DNA of 41,131 nucleotides from Gemmatimonadota bacterium (GTDB lineage Bacteria; 4572-55; J002): NCBI GenBank assembly GCA_003697105.1, contig RFFQ01000015.1, positions 1 to 41,131 of the forward strand, read 5' to 3'. Shown piece by piece: positions 37,699 to 41,131 of this stretch (position 1 is its first letter; each line of letters starts with the position of its first letter). The notes under the pieces were generated by a model. It saw only the letters and a program-made list of their open reading frames with translations, ran no database searches and was not told where the DNA came from. The position numbers and the translations under genes were made by a program.

Positions 37699-38598
37699 AT
37701 GACACATGTATCTACCCGTTATTGGGGTATTTTTCTCTTGATGTTTTGCCTCTTGGCACGAGGTGTTCCGCTCTCTGCAAAAGAAAATCACCATTTTTTA
37801 TGGAAGATTGAAACCGAGCAGAATCAGGTCTATTTTTTGGGGTCGGTGCATATTTTAAGTGCCGATCAATACCCTCTGAATCCGGTCATCGAAAATGCCT
37901 TTGAGGCGGCAGATATTGTTGTTTTTGAAACCCATCTGGATAGCCTCGAATCTCCAGAAGTGCAATTGCATTTGCTCCAAAAAAGCGTGTACGGTGCCGA
38001 TGAAAATCTGAAAACGGCACTCTCCGATGAAACTTATGCGAAGGTTACATCCGTGGTGGAGCGGTTTGGCTTGCCAATGGCACAGTTCAATACCTTTCGA
38101 CCTTGGTTTTTAGCCATGACGTTTACCGTGTTAGAAGCACAGCGGTTGGGGCTTGTTCCAGAGTATGGCATTGATCGTTACTTCTTTACCAAAGCCAAAC
38201 AAGCCGGAAAAACCATTGAGGCACTGGAAAGCATTGACTTTCAACTCGCCCTGTTCACCGAGCTACCACCAGCGGAACAAGAACTGTTCCTGAAATACAC
38301 GTTGGCAGATTTGGATGTGATGAGCAACCAACTCGATACGATGATCTCGGCGTGGCAGACCGGAAATACAGTACTAATGGATAGCTTAGTTACGGAAAGT
38401 GTCCGCCGTTACCCAGAAATTAAGCCGTTTTATCAAAAACTAGATGATGAGCGCAACCAACGCTGGATTCCCCAGATCGAAGCCTATCTTCAGCAGGATA
38501 AAAATGTGCTGATCATTGTCGGAGCATTACACTTATCCGGTGAAGGCAGTGTGATCGACCTTTTGCGCCAAAAAGGATACCAGATTGAACAATTGTAA
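37699..38598 (+). CDS. TraB/GumN (Tiki-like) family protein
   Basis: LWKI..Y.LGS.H, V.E, PW, G.D, LE....Q, RN..W, VGA.HL.G...V..LL...GY. Signal peptide. Confidence 0.9.
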   Translation: MTHVSTRYWGIFLLMFCLLARGVPLSAKENHHFLWKIETEQNQVYFLGSVHILSADQYPLNPVIENAFEAADIVVFETHLDSLESPEVQLHLLQKSVYGADENLKTALSDETYAKVTSVVERFGLPMAQFNTFRPWFLAMTFTVLEAQRLGLVPEYGIDRYFFTKAKQAGKTIEALESIDFQLALFTELPPAEQELFLKYTLADLDVMSNQLDTMISAWQTGNTVLMDSLVTESVRRYPEIKPFYQKLDDERNQRWIPQIEAYLQQDKNVLIIVGALHLSGEGSVIDLLRQKGYQIEQL

Positions 38599-38604
38599 CC
38601 CGAC

Positions 38605-38640
38605 AAAAAAGCGCTTCTCATTGCTGGGAAGCGCTTTTTT
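38605..38640. terminator. Bidirectional intrinsic terminator
   Basis: AAAAAAGCGCTTCTCA-ttgc-TGGGAAGCGCTTTTTT between convergent genes. Confidence 0.82.
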
Positions 38641-38692
38641 AGATTTAATGACACCGTTCGGGATATTCCCCCCCAACGGTTTGACCGAGCGG

Positions 38693-39745
38693 CTACTTTT
38701 CCTCATCCATCTGCTCAAATTTCGCCAACTGTTTTTTATAATAGTCATCATCCGGTTTGATGTGAATGGCTTTGTTGATAACGGCAATCGCGCTGGCTTT
38801 ATCCCCTAATTTATAATGCACTTCTGCTACGGTATCCAAAATCATTGCCTGATCTTCTGAACCCACTTCGGACAGCTCCGCCGCTTTTTGGGCATACGCC
38901 AGTGCTTTTTCAAGTTTCATTTCCAGTTCGGTCATACGCCAAGCGAATGAATTCAACGCTTGGGGGTCGTCGTTAAACCGGTCTGCCATAGCTTCCAGCA
39001 CCGCGGCTTCTTTTTCGGGTTCTTCCTGACGGGCGTAGTAACGCGCCAGAGCCGTATAGCTTTGTTGGGCAATGTCATCATTGGCGGTTTTTGCCAGTTG
39101 TTCCAATCGGGCAGTTTTGCCGCTGGTCTCCAGTTCAATTGTACCAATGTAATAGGCACTTGTCTGGTGCTCTGCTGTATGGAAGGGTGTGGTTTGAATT
39201 ACTGTTTTCAAGTATGGGAGTGCCGCTTCCTGGTCCCCTCGGTAAAAATATTTTTGACCGATCTGAAACTTCAATTCCGCACTCTGGGGATCCGCTTTGA
39301 GTTTCTCTTTCAGATAAGCCAACGTTCCAATGCCATTGAGATAATCGTTCAATGTTTTCAGATACGCGTCTTTCGTGGAAAAGCCCATAATCCGGTCGAT
39401 TTCCTCCTTGCTGGAGACATCCACCAAAATAACCTGCGGGATCGATTTAATCCCAAATGTTTTCACAAGTGCCTTGTTTTCTGGATGATCGATATTATAC
39501 TGCCCGCTGACTACAATCGAATTTACGGAACTGACCTCATCGGATTTGAATACAGCGGCATCCAGCCGCTTGCAGGGAACTCACCAGTCAGCATAAAAAT
39601 CGACCAACACCATCGATTTATTTTGGGCTTTCGCCATGTCAATCAACTCATCCAGTGATTTGCCCTTCTGAAAATCCAACGCGGCAAATGCGCTAGAGAC
39701 CCCCATCCACAAGGTCAGTGCGATAACACTAAAAATCAGACGCAT
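38693..39745 (-). CDS. Exported thioredoxin-fold plus TPR selenoprotein (UxxC, Sec at residue 55, 350 aa)
   Basis: ATG at 39745 with AGGAGG RBS reads MRLIFSVIALTLWMGVSSAFAALDFQKGKSLDELIDMAKAQNKSMVLVDFYADW-TGA-VPCKRLD and continues in frame into the 257-aa ORF (FGIKSIPQVILVD cis-Pro loop, then TPRs). A SECIS-like hairpin follows the TGA. Confidence 0.88.
39551..39574 (-). promoter_or_regulatory. Candidate bacterial SECIS element
   Basis: After the UGA (39581-39583): UGC-A-AGCGGC-[UGGAU]-GCCGCU-GUA. The apical loop starts after a 16-nt spacer and has G at its second position. Confidence 0.72.
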
Positions 39746-39796
39746 AAATATCCTCCTAAAAAAAGTGGGTGACCCGCTAACATGAAGTGTGCGGTA

Positions 39797-39825
39797 GTGA
39801 TACGGACGAATGAAGCATTTGTCAA
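39797..39825 (-). promoter_or_regulatory. Possible sigma70 promoter of the selenoprotein gene
   Basis: TTGACA-17 bp-TATCAC on the minus strand, about 50 bp upstream of ATG 39745. Confidence 0.45.
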
Positions 39826-39840
39826 GAGCAAATACGTTGA

Positions 39841-40425
39841 CTAAAACCGGTATGGGGGTAAGCCCAAGAGTCGCCGGGTTTCACGAATTGCCTGTTTGAC
39901 CTGCTGTTGGCGAATAATCTCCATCTGGTGGGCATCTTTGAGGAGTTCGTAGGTTTGTTCGATAAGGGGTAATGCCTGCTCCGCTTGTTTCATATCCAGA
40001 TACAACATACCCAGATTCCAGCAACACCCTGCCAACTTGATCGGGTCGGCAATCGCCTCGGCGATCTCAATCCCTAGACGAAAATGACGGATGGCTTGAT
40101 ATGGAATGCCCTTCAGGTAGTAAACAGAGCCAATGTTATTGTGGTCATCAATCAACTGGTCCTGATTTTGGAGTTGCTCGTCCAATGCCAGCGCTTGTTC
40201 AAAATGCTCTAACGCCATATCATATTGCTCATCATCCAGAAGCAAAGAACCTAAACCGGCATGGGTAAATGCCAAACTCGGTAGATGATTGAGTTCTTTA
40301 CTGAGGGCATGAGCTTTTTCCCACATCAGGAAGGCAAGTTGCCAATCACCTTCCTCTTGAAGTTCTTCGGCTTGCTCTAATAGGTAATGTAATCGTTTAA
40401 AGTCTTCGGATAATTCCATGCTCAT
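39841..40425 (-). CDS. Tetratricopeptide repeat protein
   Basis: TPR_12-like repeats (LG.......Y..A..HFEQAL, NNIG.VY...G....A, NLG.LY). Confidence 0.85.
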   Translation of the reverse strand: MSMELSEDFKRLHYLLEQAEELQEEGDWQLAFLMWEKAHALSKELNHLPSLAFTHAGLGSLLLDDEQYDMALEHFEQALALDEQLQNQDQLIDDHNNIGSVYYLKGIPYQAIRHFRLGIEIAEAIADPIKLAGCCWNLGMLYLDMKQAEQALPLIEQTYELLKDAHQMEIIRQQQVKQAIRETRRLLGLPPYRF

Positions 40426-40429
40426 GGGT

Positions 40430-41080
40430 TTATCTCCTAATGATTAGCTGGTAGAGCGATTGTCCGCTCCGATGATACTTGCGTTCAAAGGGTGTGACCG
40501 GTGGTCGTGGGACAAAAAGGTTGATCTGCCCCGTAATTCCGGTTGCGCGCTGGTAGGCATACTGAAATTCTTCCACGTAGATACGCCAATTACTGCGGAC
40601 TTCCACGTACTCTCCCAATTGGATCAGGCTAGTAAAAATGGGATGCCCGTGCCAGCGCCGTTTCAGATGCGTGGCTTTCGGATACGGATTCGGATATAAC
40701 AGATAATGTCGCTTAACCTCCCAGCCAGCAGCAGCGGCTTGTAGCCAAAAATCGATTAAATCTGCCCGAACAATACGAAAATTTGCGCCCGAGGTCTTTC
40801 CTTTTGCCAAGCGATGGGCTGATTTGTCAATCCCTAGCACCCAATGATCCGGAAATTGATCCGCAAGCCAGCGGGTACTCTCTCCAACTCCGCAACCAGA
40901 GTCTAAAATCAGGGGTTGGGGATGTTCCCCCCGAACCTGATCCACCTCTTCAAAAATACGTTGCTGGTATGCAGAAACCGGCCGTTGAAACGGATGCTTT
41001 AAGTGCCTTTGGACTTGCTTTTCCAGCGCATCATGAATCCCGCGCTGGTTAGTAGTAATAGTACGGCTGTTGGCGTTCAT
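40430..41080 (-). CDS. TrmB-like SAM-dependent methyltransferase
   Basis: LDSGCG.G.S, GIDKS..RL, LLYPNP.PK..H..RR, E.RSNW..Y, TPFERKY...G. Confidence 0.82.
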   Translation of the reverse strand: MNANSRTITTNQRGIHDALEKQVQRHLKHPFQRPVSAYQQRIFEEVDQVRGEHPQPLILDSGCGVGESTRWLADQFPDHWVLGIDKSAHRLAKGKTSGANFRIVRADLIDFWLQAAAAGWEVKRHYLLYPNPYPKATHLKRRWHGHPIFTSLIQLGEYVEVRSNWRIYVEEFQYAYQRATGITGQINLFVPRPPVTPFERKYHRSGQSLYQLIIRR

Positions 41081-41131
41081 TATAGCAATGTATAGTTAGC
41101 AGTGGGAAAGAACTCATAAACTCCCCAACTC

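Noticed and set aside
37699-38598. TraB as evidence for a conjugative element, and CvpA as evidence for a bacteriocin locus
   Set aside because: Both are widespread chromosomal families. No relaxase, T4SS, integrase, transposase or bacteriocin gene is present in the window.
38693-39466. 257-aa TPR ORF as an independent gene
   Set aside because: It starts at a GTG in the middle of the thioredoxin fold with no RBS. It is the 3' part of the UGA-readthrough gene.
39581-39583. TGA read as Trp or Gly under an alternative genetic code
   Set aside because: TGA is the true stop of several genes here (porV, znuC, znuA, fur, DegV, DinB), Trp is TGG in the preceding codon, and the position corresponds to the catalytic Cys.
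38960-39658. 232-aa plus-strand ORF
   Set aside because: Antisense shadow of the selenoprotein gene with no recognisable motifs.
1-41131. tRNA (including tRNA-Sec), rRNA, riboswitches and selABD genes
   Set aside because: None were recognised by eye and intergenic spaces are short. A covariance-model search would be needed to exclude small RNAs fully.

Overview
Bacterial chromosomal window of about 50% GC using the standard genetic code. It probably comes from a non-Bacteroidetes member of the FCB superphylum, inferred from a PorV homologue, three proteins with T9SS-like/FlgD-Ig C-terminal sorting domains and a Bacteroidetes-like Fur protein. It contains about 33 CDSs and I found no rRNA, tRNA, CRISPR array or mobile element. 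Contents: a partial NAD-dependent epimerase missed by the ORF track, a VIT-vWA protein, DUF2237, a three-gene unit ending in an orphan GlmL-like ATPase, a Zur-like regulator with znuACB and an operator palindrome, an aminotransferase, two orphan outer-membrane barrel candidates, trhO, an HhH-DUF3299 fusion, a C-N hydrolase, a REC-PAS-HK-GAF kinase, a SPOR lipoprotein, a six-gene PorV operon, nadD, a 1396-aa FG-GAP protein, DinB, DegV, mdh, CvpA, TraB/GumN, a TPR protein and a TrmB-like protein. Top finding: a hidden, signal-peptide-bearing selenoprotein (38693-39745, minus strand). It is a thioredoxin-TPR fusion with an in-frame UGA in a W-U-V-P-C active site followed by a SECIS-like hairpin, and the ORF track truncates it to a TPR fragment. 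Second finding: a PorV operon with a sigma54-like promoter, encoding an M6-family protein that has lost its HEXXH motif, three tandem paralogues with C-terminal beta-signals and an apparently active metallopeptidase. All family calls come from motif recognition by eye, not database searches.
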